Virus record (IMG/VR): IMGVR_UViG_3300032281_000106
Span: 1 to 56,046 of that record
DNA: 56,046 nt
From: a virus
Taxonomy: Duplodnaviria; Caudoviricetes
Strand: one strand, 5' to 3'
Of this stretch, positions 27,833 through 36,511 are shown piece after piece (the first letter of the stretch is position 1; every line of letters starts with the position of its first letter). The notes under the pieces were generated by a model. It saw only the letters and a program-made list of their open reading frames with translations, was not told the DNA's origin and did no database searches. A program made the translations under genes and the position numbers.

Positions 27833-28128
27833 GGTATCATGTACTCGTCATTTGTGCCAATGATGAAGCTGTTGTCGTCCTCAGTCACGATACCCGCTGG
27901 GTTAGTGGTGAGTGGCAAGTCAGGTCTTACAAAAGGCAAAGTTATATTGTCGGGCTGGCGAGGAGGCAAGCGATAAGGATCAAGGTTGTCCAGGTCCTCG
28001 CGGCAAACTCTTAGCCCGGGTGAATTTGGGTCTGAGAACAACTCATCAAGGCTCATCTTGCGGCTGCAACGAGCACATAGGCCAATGCCCAGCGTGCTGC
28101 GTCCGCGAGTGTCCAAGTAGATGCTCAT
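27829..28128 (-). CDS. Small virion-module protein with CxxC
   Basis: 99 aa; GLCARCS...GLRVC..D.D..DP. Confidence 0.7.
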   Translation of the reverse strand: MSIYLDTRGRSTLGIGLCARCSRKMSLDELFSDPNSPGLRVCREDLDNLDPYRLPPRQPDNITLPFVRPDLPLTTNPAGIVTEDDNSFIIGTNDEYMIP

Positions 28129-29117
28129 CGTGTGTACACCGCAATGTTAGGTGTCAAGTAGATTGGCGAGTTGTCGCGTTCTTCGTTCTCGGACTCAAGC
28201 AGAGCACGTTGAGCCTTCTGATCCAAGATAGCAATCATCTGAGGATCCACGGTTGGAGTCTCTTCAGCAAGGCGTGCAGCCAAGACGTAGACAATCGAGT
28301 CGTACCAGCGCTGCGGCACTTCAATCTCTTGCGTCATTGTGCCAACGTCCATGATGTAACGCTTCACCCACACAACCACTTGGGCCGTGACAAACTGGGC
28401 TGATGGTACAGGCCACAAATACAATACGGGGTTGTTGAGTTGGCGATCACACCAGAATTGCAATGGACGTCCTTCAAACGTCTTGTTAGGCAAGTTGACG
28501 TAATCGTCGCGGTTCAAGCGTGCCATAGGGATCTCGTTTGGCGTATTGGCCAAGATCACCTGAGTTTGATTGAGCACGCCTGTTGTTGCTCTTACTCTAA
28601 AATAGGTGGTCGCTAGGGACCCCTGGACATCTACCCATGTTACCATACCAGCTGTCGCATTTGGATTGTCCTGGGTACTCAGAGTGGTCCAGGTGGTGCC
28701 ATTGTTAGATGTTTCAAGCGCATAGCTTGTTGATGCCCCTGACCACTCAATTCCAATGACTGTGACTTGCGTTTGCGCTGGAAAAATCGTTGTGTAGGTA
28801 GTTGAGGTAGTTGTGTCTGTTGTGTTCTCATTCACAACTTCAATGGTGCGCAAGTTGGTGTTGAGAATGTCAACGATGCCATTAGGCATTGTGATTAAGC
28901 CTTGAGCTTCATAGAGAGGCATCAAGTAACGCTCAATGCACCACAGCTGAAGGCCGCGATTGGCCAGCATGCTGAGCACAAGATAAAGCGTGTCAAGAGC
29001 AAAGTCGATTTGCTCTGATGAGATGCCTTCAGGAGGAATACGGCAGCGACGATACGCGTGGTCAATGACCTTACGCGTATTGAAAACCGTCATACTGACT
29101 GTGCCTGAAACTGCCAC
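28125..29117 (-). CDS. Head-completion/neck structural protein
   Basis: 330 aa; IDHAYRRC, ANRGLQLW, Y.NLPNK...GRP.QFW, LYLWPVP. Confidence 0.65.
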   Translation of the reverse strand: MAVSGTVSMTVFNTRKVIDHAYRRCRIPPEGISSEQIDFALDTLYLVLSMLANRGLQLWCIERYLMPLYEAQGLITMPNGIVDILNTNLRTIEVVNENTTDTTTSTTYTTIFPAQTQVTVIGIEWSGASTSYALETSNNGTTWTTLSTQDNPNATAGMVTWVDVQGSLATTYFRVRATTGVLNQTQVILANTPNEIPMARLNRDDYVNLPNKTFEGRPLQFWCDRQLNNPVLYLWPVPSAQFVTAQVVVWVKRYIMDVGTMTQEIEVPQRWYDSIVYVLAARLAEETPTVDPQMIAILDQKAQRALLESENEERDNSPIYLTPNIAVYTR

Positions 29118-29184
29118 CGGATCTGCTCCTATTTGTTGAGTTGCGGCTTGCCGTCAGTGGCAGACCCCGTGGATTGCCTTTATT

Positions 29185-29751
29185 TTACTTCATCTTGCCA
29201 AATTTTGGAACTTTTGAGAACGTTGGCACGCCACCTTTGGCAAGCTTGTTCCCGGCTCCTGGGCCGTGTGCTTTTTTAGCCGGCATATTGGCATGCTTTT
29301 CAAGCTTTGCCTCGACACCGCCGCCTTTTGCGTACTTCTGGGTCTCGGTGCCAAACTTCTTGGCCATCTTGTTGCCTGCCTTGCCCTCTGCGTCCATCTT
29401 GGAGCGAGTGCCTGCAGCGTATTGACCGCCTTCAGCCATTCCGCCGTGCTTCATGCCAGCTGGTGTGTCCATCTCGCCAGACATTTCACGCACTTCGTGA
29501 CTTATCATGGCCTTTGGGGCGCCTGACTTGCGCAAAAGAGCCACTTCCTTGCGAACCATGGCTTCTGGCTCACGTTTTGGCTTGACTTTTGGACCGCCTT
29601 TGGCATATCCGCCATCTTTCATGGCATGCGGAGCGTCATACATGGCCTTAGGGATGCCTTTTGTTGACTTTGCAGTGGATACTGTACGACCGGTTGGACG
29701 AGCAGGTGACGCAGGGAACGTAAATTCCCCATATTTGATATTTTTTCCCAT
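29185..29751 (-). CDS. Basic low-complexity protein with six xGG motifs
   Basis: 188 aa K/G/M-rich; MKDGG, YAKGG, MKHGG, MAEGG, YAKGG, LAKGG. Confidence 0.7.
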   Translation of the reverse strand: MGKNIKYGEFTFPASPARPTGRTVSTAKSTKGIPKAMYDAPHAMKDGGYAKGGPKVKPKREPEAMVRKEVALLRKSGAPKAMISHEVREMSGEMDTPAGMKHGGMAEGGQYAAGTRSKMDAEGKAGNKMAKKFGTETQKYAKGGGVEAKLEKHANMPAKKAHGPGAGNKLAKGGVPTFSKVPKFGKMK

Positions 29752-29752
29752 G

Positions 29753-29950
29753 TTATTTCCTTTTTGCGGCTGCCCGCATGTTATCTACAAGGTTGGGATA
29801 GGGGCGTCCGGCTGCTGCTGCGGCGGCCTTTGCGCTAGCTTTTGCAGCAGGCGCTAGTTTTTTGGGCTTTGGCAGGTCCTTTGGCCTTGGCTTGTCCCAA
29901 GGTGCTTTTACTTTGCCTCCTTTTGCGAAGGCCATCTTTTTTCCCATCAT
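29753..29950 (-). CDS. Small basic protein
   Basis: 65 aa; FAKGGKV, GRPYPNLVDNM. Confidence 0.7.
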   Translation of the reverse strand: MMGKKMAFAKGGKVKAPWDKPRPKDLPKPKKLAPAAKASAKAAAAAAGRPYPNLVDNMRAAAKRK

Positions 29951-29951
29951 A

Positions 29952-30263
29952 TTAGCAATCCCACTTGTTTAGGGCAAGGGCTTTCCTGGTCGGTCTGCCT
30001 TTGTCGTCTTTCATTGGACCCGGCATGCCAGACATTCGCGCGCAAAAACTGTCGCGACGTCCTGCTGCTTTGGGGCTCTTTGCTGCTTGCTTGGCAGAGA
30101 CTGGAGGCTTTAAGTTGCCGCCCGTCTTGCTGTTGTAAGCATCACGACCTTTTTGGTTCAAGCCGCCTTTAGGATTTTGTCCCTCTTTGCGCGCCCAGAC
30201 AGCTCCGCCTTTTGCAACAAACAAAGTGCCTCCGCCTTTACCGAATTTGTGATCGTTTACCAT
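29952..30263 (-). CDS. Small basic conserved phage protein
   Basis: W.RKEGQNPKGGLN.KGR...RR.SFCARM...ALNKWDC; start MVNDHK. Confidence 0.7.
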   Translation of the reverse strand: MVNDHKFGKGGGTLFVAKGGAVWARKEGQNPKGGLNQKGRDAYNSKTGGNLKPPVSAKQAAKSPKAAGRRDSFCARMSGMPGPMKDDKGRPTRKALALNKWDC

Positions 30264-30817
30264 GTTGCAATCGCCACACGTTCCCACGTGTTGGTCGCCA
30301 CGCAGACGTAGATATAACTAGAATCCCAACAAATGTCTCCTGTAGTGCCAGAAGCAGATGCCGAAGCTGGAGTTCTGGAGACTGGGATGTTGAGGGTGTT
30401 GCCAGTGATACCAAAGTTGCCGTTACTGTTGAAGGTAGCTACCGCTGTTGCTGCTGCGCCAGCTGCCATCAACAAGACTTGCAAGTTGAATGCCTCGGTG
30501 CCAGAGCCTACGTTAGTGCTCACTGCCGAAAGCAAAGCGCCAATCTCTGTGTTACTAGCTGATGTCTCACACTGGAAAGCAAGACGGGTTCCAATACCAG
30601 CTGCCGCCGTACCTGAAGTCTGGTGACTTAAGGTTGCAGCAGTGGCTGGCGTGTTGGTGTTGGCCGTCTCAACCAGTAAGGTTGGAGCGGAATTGGCAAA
30701 GGCCTTGATCTGGTCAGAAGTAAGCTTGACAGAAGTGGCCGACTGGACCGACTCATAAAGCTCGGTGCCAACAAGCGTGGTGCCTGCAGGTAAGTCCGTG
30801 ATCTTTAAGTTTGCCAT
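30257..30817 (-). CDS. Short fibre/spike-like structural protein
   Basis: Start MANLKITDLP (TAATG overlap); C-terminal G..GDICWDSSYIYVCVATNTW.R. Confidence 0.7.
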   Translation of the reverse strand: MANLKITDLPAGTTLVGTELYESVQSATSVKLTSDQIKAFANSAPTLLVETANTNTPATAATLSHQTSGTAAAGIGTRLAFQCETSASNTEIGALLSAVSTNVGSGTEAFNLQVLLMAAGAAATAVATFNSNGNFGITGNTLNIPVSRTPASASASGTTGDICWDSSYIYVCVATNTWERVAIATW

Positions 30818-31221
30818 TATGCGTAACCCTTGACCATCTCCAAGATACACCAGTAGGTGTCACCAGAAGAAGCATCAGCCGTGCTAAACATAATGTCGCC
30901 AGTAACTCCAGCACCGCCGTTGTTAGTAATACCACCAAAAGCGCTCATGTCAAGCGTTTGGGTAGCATTGGGCGCTGATAGAAAAAACGGCACATCTGTT
31001 GTGGCGTCCCAAAGCATTCTGACTTCCATGCCATGAGTAGAAATGTAGATTTTGGTAACAGTAACCCTATCGCAGACCGCTCCTGTTGCGCTTGCTGCTA
31101 GTGCAGAAACATCTACCTTTAATACAGCAGACTCGCCCGTGCCGTCGCTGATGTTTGTAAATTTCATGATGACCAAACGCTCACCATCAATAAGCGTTTG
31201 GCTTGTGACTGCATCAGCCAT
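30817..31221 (-). CDS. Conserved virion structural protein
   Basis: 134 aa MADAVTSQTLIDG..KFTNISDGTGESAVLKVDVSAL; strong RBS. Confidence 0.75.
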   Translation of the reverse strand: MADAVTSQTLIDGERLVIMKFTNISDGTGESAVLKVDVSALAASATGAVCDRVTVTKIYISTHGMEVRMLWDATTDVPFFLSAPNATQTLDMSAFGGITNNGGAGVTGDIMFSTADASSGDTYWCILEMVKGYA

Positions 31222-31239
31222 ATTTTTCTCCTAAAGATA

Positions 31240-31253
31240 GGGGCCGAAGCCCC
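31240..31253 (-). other. Intergenic cUUCGg hairpin
   Basis: GGGGC-TTCG-GCCCC after the 31262 stop, near-identical to 861-876. Confidence 0.65.
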
Positions 31254-31261
31254 CTGGTTAA

Positions 31262-32497
31262 TTAGGCCTGAGTCACGCCAAGAGCGCCAACGCGGGTTGA
31301 GTTAGGTCCAACAGCGATTGCAGGCAGCAAGACGCCCATCACAGTGCGATTGATACCGTCAGACGCAGTGCCTGGAACGTAGGTTCCACGAACGTCGCCG
31401 GTGGTAGTAGTAGCAGTAGCTGTGGCGGCTGCTACAAACGTGCCGGTGTCTTGTGCAAGTGTGCTGTTGGTCTTCACGCTGGCAATGTACGCAGCGTTGG
31501 TCACTCGCACTGGGAGGCCAAGAATGTCGGTAGTGCCAACAATCACGGCTGTTCCAGTTGCGCCAGAGGTTGTGATGCCACTGATCTGATAGAAAGCTTT
31601 CTTGCCATTCACAGCTGTGCTAACCGCTGCGCTAGACGTGATTGCTTCGCTCATGGCTTGACCGTAGTAGTCGTAGCCTGACACGGTGATGGTGACAGGA
31701 GCCACGCCCAAGGTGTAAGTCAAGCCTGTTGGTGTACCAGCGGTTGTCACTACTGCTGCACCTGCCGTAGTGGTCAGGGTAGCTGATGTAGCTGTCACTG
31801 CAGTCAAGATGTAGGTCGTTGGGTTTGTGTAGCCAGTGATTGTGCCTGTGCCACCCAAAGTACCGGAGATGGTCAAACGCTGACCAGTAACCAAACCTGC
31901 TTGCGAAGCAAAAGTGATTTGACCACCCGTACCTGCAATCACAACAGTAGACAAGGTCGCCACTGCTGCAGTAGAGGTTGTCACGCTAACTGCTCGAGGC
32001 ACATCAAGCTGAAGCACGGAGATAGCTGCTGCGTTGGTGGTAGACTTCACAGATGTGCCGGCAGTCAAGGTCAAAGAACCTGCGGCTGCTGGAGTTTGCG
32101 AAGCTGCAATGTTGTTTGCAACCAAGGCTTGGGGAATGGTGTCCCAAACAAAGATGCGACCCAAGGGGCCAACACCGCGGTCCATTGGAGCAGGGTCACC
32201 AAGCAAGGCGTTGCCATTAGCAAACATGGTGGTGCTGCCGGCTGACTGGGAAGTGTTGACAGTGTAGGTACCTGTGCCGCCGTTTCCGCTAACAAAAGCG
32301 GTGATGTAGGTGCCGTTGGTCACGCCCGAACCATCGACGTATTGGCCAATGATCAAGGGGTCGCCTGACAGCATAGCTGTCACGGTGAGGGTGGTAGTGG
32401 TGATGCTACCAGTGAAAGTGGAACTGGCGTTACGCAAGCCAGTGCCCATGAAGGTTTGTGAGGAACCTAAAAAGAGGTCGTCTGAATATTGAGGCAT
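31262..32497 (-). CDS. Capsid-associated (decoration/head-fibre) protein
   Basis: Start MPQYSDDLF with AGGAG RBS; T/G/A-rich beta protein directly after capsid. Confidence 0.65.
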   Translation of the reverse strand: MPQYSDDLFLGSSQTFMGTGLRNASSTFTGSITTTTLTVTAMLSGDPLIIGQYVDGSGVTNGTYITAFVSGNGGTGTYTVNTSQSAGSTTMFANGNALLGDPAPMDRGVGPLGRIFVWDTIPQALVANNIAASQTPAAAGSLTLTAGTSVKSTTNAAAISVLQLDVPRAVSVTTSTAAVATLSTVVIAGTGGQITFASQAGLVTGQRLTISGTLGGTGTITGYTNPTTYILTAVTATSATLTTTAGAAVVTTAGTPTGLTYTLGVAPVTITVSGYDYYGQAMSEAITSSAAVSTAVNGKKAFYQISGITTSGATGTAVIVGTTDILGLPVRVTNAAYIASVKTNSTLAQDTGTFVAAATATATTTTGDVRGTYVPGTASDGINRTVMGVLLPAIAVGPNSTRVGALGVTQA

Positions 32498-32528
32498 GGT
32501 GTCTTCTCCTTGAAAAGCTTGACAAATT

Positions 32529-32563
32529 AAAAATGAAAAGAAGGGGACTTTCGCCCCCTTCTT
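32529..32563 (-). terminator. Rho-independent terminator after major capsid gene
   Basis: AAGAAGGGGGC-GAAA-GTCCCCTTCTT followed by TTCATTTTT. Confidence 0.75.
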
Positions 32564-32565
32564 GT

Positions 32566-33480
32566 TTACAGACCTGCTGTACCGTAAATGGTACGTGGAT
32601 CTGTCCAACCTGGAATGTAACGCTCGGTTGCTTTGTAGCGCATAGAGTCGGTTTCGAAATCACCTTCCATGCTCTTCTCAAGCTTACGACGCATCATCAA
32701 CTGCAAGCCGACTTTAGCGTCTGTCTGCACCCACCAAGCGGTAGTTGAAGTCAAACGTGACAAGTTAGCTTGGCCGCCATTGATCATACCCATCGAGTTG
32801 ATCGGGTTGATGTCGTTGTTGCCAGTACCTGCACGCAGGACGGACTTCAACAGCACTTCACCTTGGAACACGTTGCTAGGGCTCAACACAAGCTTCTCAG
32901 GAGTCAAGCGGATACGCTTACCATTGTTGTCAATGGCGTTGCGGATCTGAATGAGCATCTGCTCAAGCGAGGTCTGCGACAAGTTAGCTGCAGTGGTCAA
33001 CACGTTGCTGAATGTGCCTGAAGCGATAGGGTGTGCGGAGTTAACCAACGACACGCCGTCACCGCCTGCATACGCGCTGTTGAAGGCGCGGTTCAGGATG
33101 TTAGCACACAAAGTTTCTTTTGTCTCAATCAGGGACTGTGCCAAGTGCTTGGCGTAAGTCTGACCGATAGAGATGTGGTCGCCGTCTTCCACGAGGACCT
33201 TGGTCAAGGCAAAAGCCAAACCATAGACCTTGTAGACGTAACGTGCATTGAACAGGACGCCACCAGATTGGTAGGTCACTGGCATGCCGTCAGGCAACTC
33301 AGGAGCCGCTCCGAAACCGTACAAGACGGGTTCTTCGTGGTAGTTACGTGGGATACCTTGACGCTCGGTGAAAACTTGTTTCCACTCGTCAGCGCGCTGG
33401 TTATACAAGCCATCAAACTCTTCGTTTAAGATGGGCTCAACGATGGACCTAAAGTCCGTACTGCGCATTGGGACAGCCAT
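32566..33480 (-). CDS. Major capsid protein
   Basis: 304 aa; [29 protein letters not shown]...[19 protein letters not shown]; followed by terminator. Confidence 0.85.
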   Translation of the reverse strand: MAVPMRSTDFRSIVEPILNEEFDGLYNQRADEWKQVFTERQGIPRNYHEEPVLYGFGAAPELPDGMPVTYQSGGVLFNARYVYKVYGLAFALTKVLVEDGDHISIGQTYAKHLAQSLIETKETLCANILNRAFNSAYAGGDGVSLVNSAHPIASGTFSNVLTTAANLSQTSLEQMLIQIRNAIDNNGKRIRLTPEKLVLSPSNVFQGEVLLKSVLRAGTGNNDINPINSMGMINGGQANLSRLTSTTAWWVQTDAKVGLQLMMRRKLEKSMEGDFETDSMRYKATERYIPGWTDPRTIYGTAGL

Positions 33481-33491
33481 TTTTTAGCTCC

Positions 33492-34058
33492 TTAGTAAGC
33501 GTTGATAGTGGCAACGTCCTGATGCTCAGAGATCTGAACTTGGACAATCGTAAAAGCATCACCCCATGCGTTATCGGGACCGGGTGTGATACCGATCACG
33601 CGCATTTGGGCAGTGCCGCCTGAAGCCACAACTGAGGCAGTGTCCAACACGCATGTGCTCAGACCAACGACGGTAGAACCGGCGGTGATTGAACCAAAGT
33701 CGTATTGGTTGCCGATGTTGCTAATGTTCACAGCGCCATTGGCTTGGATCTGATAAACGATAGCTTGATCGCGCGTGATATACGCGGTCACATCAGTTGC
33801 AGGGGTGTTCGCAATAAACTTGTTGGATACACGACGACGGCCATCGCTGTCAGTGAATTCAACACCCATAAAAGTACCGACGAAGGCATCGCCAGCAGCA
33901 GCCGGAGTCACAACACCAGTGGAAGTATTTATCTTCACAGGTTGGTATTGCAACAAGGTTACCGCAGCGTTGTCCGCCAGCGTGAAGGCTGCCGGGCGCA
34001 CGAAACCACTTGCGTGGTAAACGGGCTGGAAGCCAAACGGTGTGCTAGTAGTAGACAT
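33492..34058 (-). CDS. Capsid cement/minor head protein
   Basis: 188 aa, PFGFQPV.., GTFMGVEFTD; directly upstream of capsid. Confidence 0.6.
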   Translation of the reverse strand: MSTTSTPFGFQPVYHASGFVRPAAFTLADNAAVTLLQYQPVKINTSTGVVTPAAAGDAFVGTFMGVEFTDSDGRRRVSNKFIANTPATDVTAYITRDQAIVYQIQANGAVNISNIGNQYDFGSITAGSTVVGLSTCVLDTASVVASGGTAQMRVIGITPGPDNAWGDAFTIVQVQISEHQDVATINAY

Positions 34059-34093
34059 GTTTGCTTTTCCTCAAAGGAGAATTAGTGGATTGG

Positions 34094-34627
34094 TCATAGC
34101 TCTTCAAATTTAGCTCGACCAGGATTTTCGCGCAATGCAGCGATACCATCACCTTCAATCACACGTCCGCCTGCAGCTGCTGCAGCTTCTTTAATGCCGT
34201 CCAAGATGGCTGTGAGCTTCTCATCTTCACGTGCAGGAGCATCATGGTGTGCTTCTTGCATAAATCGTGTATAGAGAGACAACGGCAGCTTGAATGCAAG
34301 CATTTCGTTGACACCAATAAACCCTTGCCATTCGCCTGTCTTAATGGTTACGTATTCCCAGCCAGGCACGTCTTCGGCTTTAATAGGTTGATAACCCAAC
34401 CGGATCCGTTGTTGAATGGAGTCTCGGGGGTTAGTGGTGGTCAACCAACATGTGTGAAAGCCAGGGATCTTTGGCAGATCTGGCAATGCGTCTTGGAAAA
34501 ATTGAGATCTAAACATCTCAACACGATCTTCGTCGCTAATAGCACGGTCTTCAGTCACATTGCGGTCTGTGGCTCCACGTGATTGGCGGACAAGATCAGG
34601 GGATTTTTTTAAGCGTTCATCAGACAT
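34094..34627 (-). CDS. Head-module hypothetical protein
   Basis: PKIPGFHTCW..RIRLGYQP..IGVNEMLAFKLP; GAAAGGAG RBS. Confidence 0.65.
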   Translation of the reverse strand: MSDERLKKSPDLVRQSRGATDRNVTEDRAISDEDRVEMFRSQFFQDALPDLPKIPGFHTCWLTTTNPRDSIQQRIRLGYQPIKAEDVPGWEYVTIKTGEWQGFIGVNEMLAFKLPLSLYTRFMQEAHHDAPAREDEKLTAILDGIKEAAAAAGGRVIEGDGIAALRENPGRAKFEEL

Positions 34628-34641
34628 TTTTCTCACTCCTT

Positions 34642-35625
34642 TCAGCGAGTTGAATTGTTTTCACGGTCCCACTTCGCATACTGTTTCAAGTAGCGTTGAC
34701 GTAGGACGGGGTCTTCCCAAACACCAGCATCTGTCATAGCTTGCTTTCGTTCTGGGGAGATGTATACTTCACGGCGGGTGGATTGCGGAGCCTGGTCCCT
34801 GCTGGAACCAACGGGCGGACCTCTACGCTGTCCGCGGCGATCGTCGTCTTGATGGTCATCATAGTTACCGCCTCCCTTAACGTCCGGCAATCGTTTGGCC
34901 ACTCGCTTGTCCAGCTCGCGCCAATATGCCTCTGTTTTTGGATTATAGCCCGCTTCTACGAGAGACTGATCAATTGCTAACACGATCTTCGAGGCCTCGT
35001 CCCCCGCGTTAGGGTCGTACCAGCTATTCCTGGACACCCAGTCTTGAGCAAAGCTCGCGACCTCGGGGTCAGGACCTGGCTGGGGAGCCGGGGCCTGAGA
35101 CTGCTGGTGCAGGTTCTGGGCAACTTGGTTCTGCTGGTGCTTGTGGACTTGTAGCTGCTGCACTCTCTGCATGGCCTGGTCGCGGATTCGCATGGCTTTG
35201 GCAGCATCGTCACCGTTACCGGCTTCGATGGCCTGAGACATGATTCTTTCTGCGGCCTTAACTTCTGCTATGGTGTCAGCGATACGGTCGTCAATGGTTG
35301 AGATCGTATTGCCTACAACAGACTTTTCGACTTGAAACATGCGCTTTTCAAGCGACTCGTTCCGCTGCCTCAGGAAGTTGAGCTCTGTTTTATCGCGCTC
35401 AATTGCCTGTTTTCTACGCGCTGCGCGATCTGACTTCTCTTCGCGGCGTTTGCGACGGAGTTCCTCGCGATCCTCATTGTCTTCTGAGAGACGCGAGTCC
35501 TCTGGTTGGTCATCGTCTTCGTCCTCATCACCTTCTTTAGTGGTTACGGGGACAAACTCGACTTCCTGAGGCTTACCTCGTTTTTGGTCTTCATCATCTT
35601 CGATGATCATGTTTTCACCAGCCAT
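34642..35625 (-). CDS. Capsid scaffolding protein
   Basis: Acidic N-terminus, long coiled coil, W..RNSWY, YW.ELDKR; position. Confidence 0.65.
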   Translation of the reverse strand: MAGENMIIEDDEDQKRGKPQEVEFVPVTTKEGDEDEDDDQPEDSRLSEDNEDREELRRKRREEKSDRAARRKQAIERDKTELNFLRQRNESLEKRMFQVEKSVVGNTISTIDDRIADTIAEVKAAERIMSQAIEAGNGDDAAKAMRIRDQAMQRVQQLQVHKHQQNQVAQNLHQQSQAPAPQPGPDPEVASFAQDWVSRNSWYDPNAGDEASKIVLAIDQSLVEAGYNPKTEAYWRELDKRVAKRLPDVKGGGNYDDHQDDDRRGQRRGPPVGSSRDQAPQSTRREVYISPERKQAMTDAGVWEDPVLRQRYLKQYAKWDRENNSTR

Positions 35626-35644
35626 TGCCTGCTCCTTTCAGCAG

Positions 35645-36064
35645 TTAGATAAACGCACGGATCGCAGTGGGATCTCCAGTAACCTTGGCAAGAATGTCTA
35701 GGTCATTGAACATCACAAATTCGATCTCCTCGTCACCGGACCGTACGGTCCAACGATCACCGCCGTATTTAGGTGCACGGACGTAGGCACCAACTTCACA
35801 CCAGGAGCCTTCGGGCCACGGTTCCATAGTGTTTCGGTTCTTGTAAGCCAATGTTCCGACCGCCACAACTTTGGCGATCTGGGTATTGCTGGCTTCTGTC
35901 TTTCTTGCTTCTTCCGGAATGTAGATACCGCCAGCCGTCTGGTTCTTGGCTTTACGGACTTGCACAATCACGCGTGAGCCCAAAGGCTCGTGACAGCAGT
36001 CTACTGTTGGGAAGGCCTCGTCCAATGAGGCGTAAGTAAAGGACATGGGGGTTTCAAGTAGCAT
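35645..36064 (-). CDS. groES: Co-chaperonin GroES-like protein
   Basis: PLGSRVIV...TAGGIYIP...AKVVAVG...VG..V..PKYGG...NDLDILA. Confidence 0.85.
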   Translation of the reverse strand: MLLETPMSFTYASLDEAFPTVDCCHEPLGSRVIVQVRKAKNQTAGGIYIPEEARKTEASNTQIAKVVAVGTLAYKNRNTMEPWPEGSWCEVGAYVRAPKYGGDRWTVRSGDEEIEFVMFNDLDILAKVTGDPTAIRAFI

Positions 36065-36085
36065 TCGCTTCTCCGTATGCTGGGG

Positions 36086-36286
36086 TTAAAGATCTCGTTG
36101 GTCGTTTTCAATATCACGATAGATCCGCTCAATCAACTGGACGGCGCGATCAAGGCCGGCGTAGACGCCTTGACGTTTACCGTATTCGAAGCTGATGTCT
36201 TTGCCTTCAGCTGGCTGCACTTTGATGGCTTCAATTGCCAGGGCCTGCTGCTCGGCTCGAATCGTCGTGATGATTTTCGCTAACAC
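36086..36286 (-). CDS. Hypothetical protein
   Basis: 66 aa, EYGKRQG..AGL; between portal and GroES. Confidence 0.65.
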   Translation of the reverse strand: MLAKIITTIRAEQQALAIEAIKVQPAEGKDISFEYGKRQGVYAGLDRAVQLIERIYRDIENDQRDL

Positions 36287-36502
36287 TTATCGGCTTCCAC
36301 CCGTGATGGTAGGGCCTTTACCACGCTGGCTGTTTGTGCCGCCATTGCCTTCGCCTTGGACCTTTTCGGTCTTCATCTTAGCCATGGTCTTGTAGTTTGC
36401 GTCTGGCAAACCTGGGGTTGGTGAAGGATCGCTAGCGATCTTCTTGGCTTTTGGGTAACCTTTACCCATGGCCATCTGCTTGTGTAGGCTGATTGCTACC
36501 AT
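36287..36502 (-). CDS. Small basic hypothetical protein
   Basis: 71 aa, AGGAG RBS. Confidence 0.6.
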   Translation of the reverse strand: MVAISLHKQMAMGKGYPKAKKIASDPSPTPGLPDANYKTMAKMKTEKVQGEGNGGTNSQRGKGPTITGGSR

Positions 36503-36511
36503 GATTGCTCC

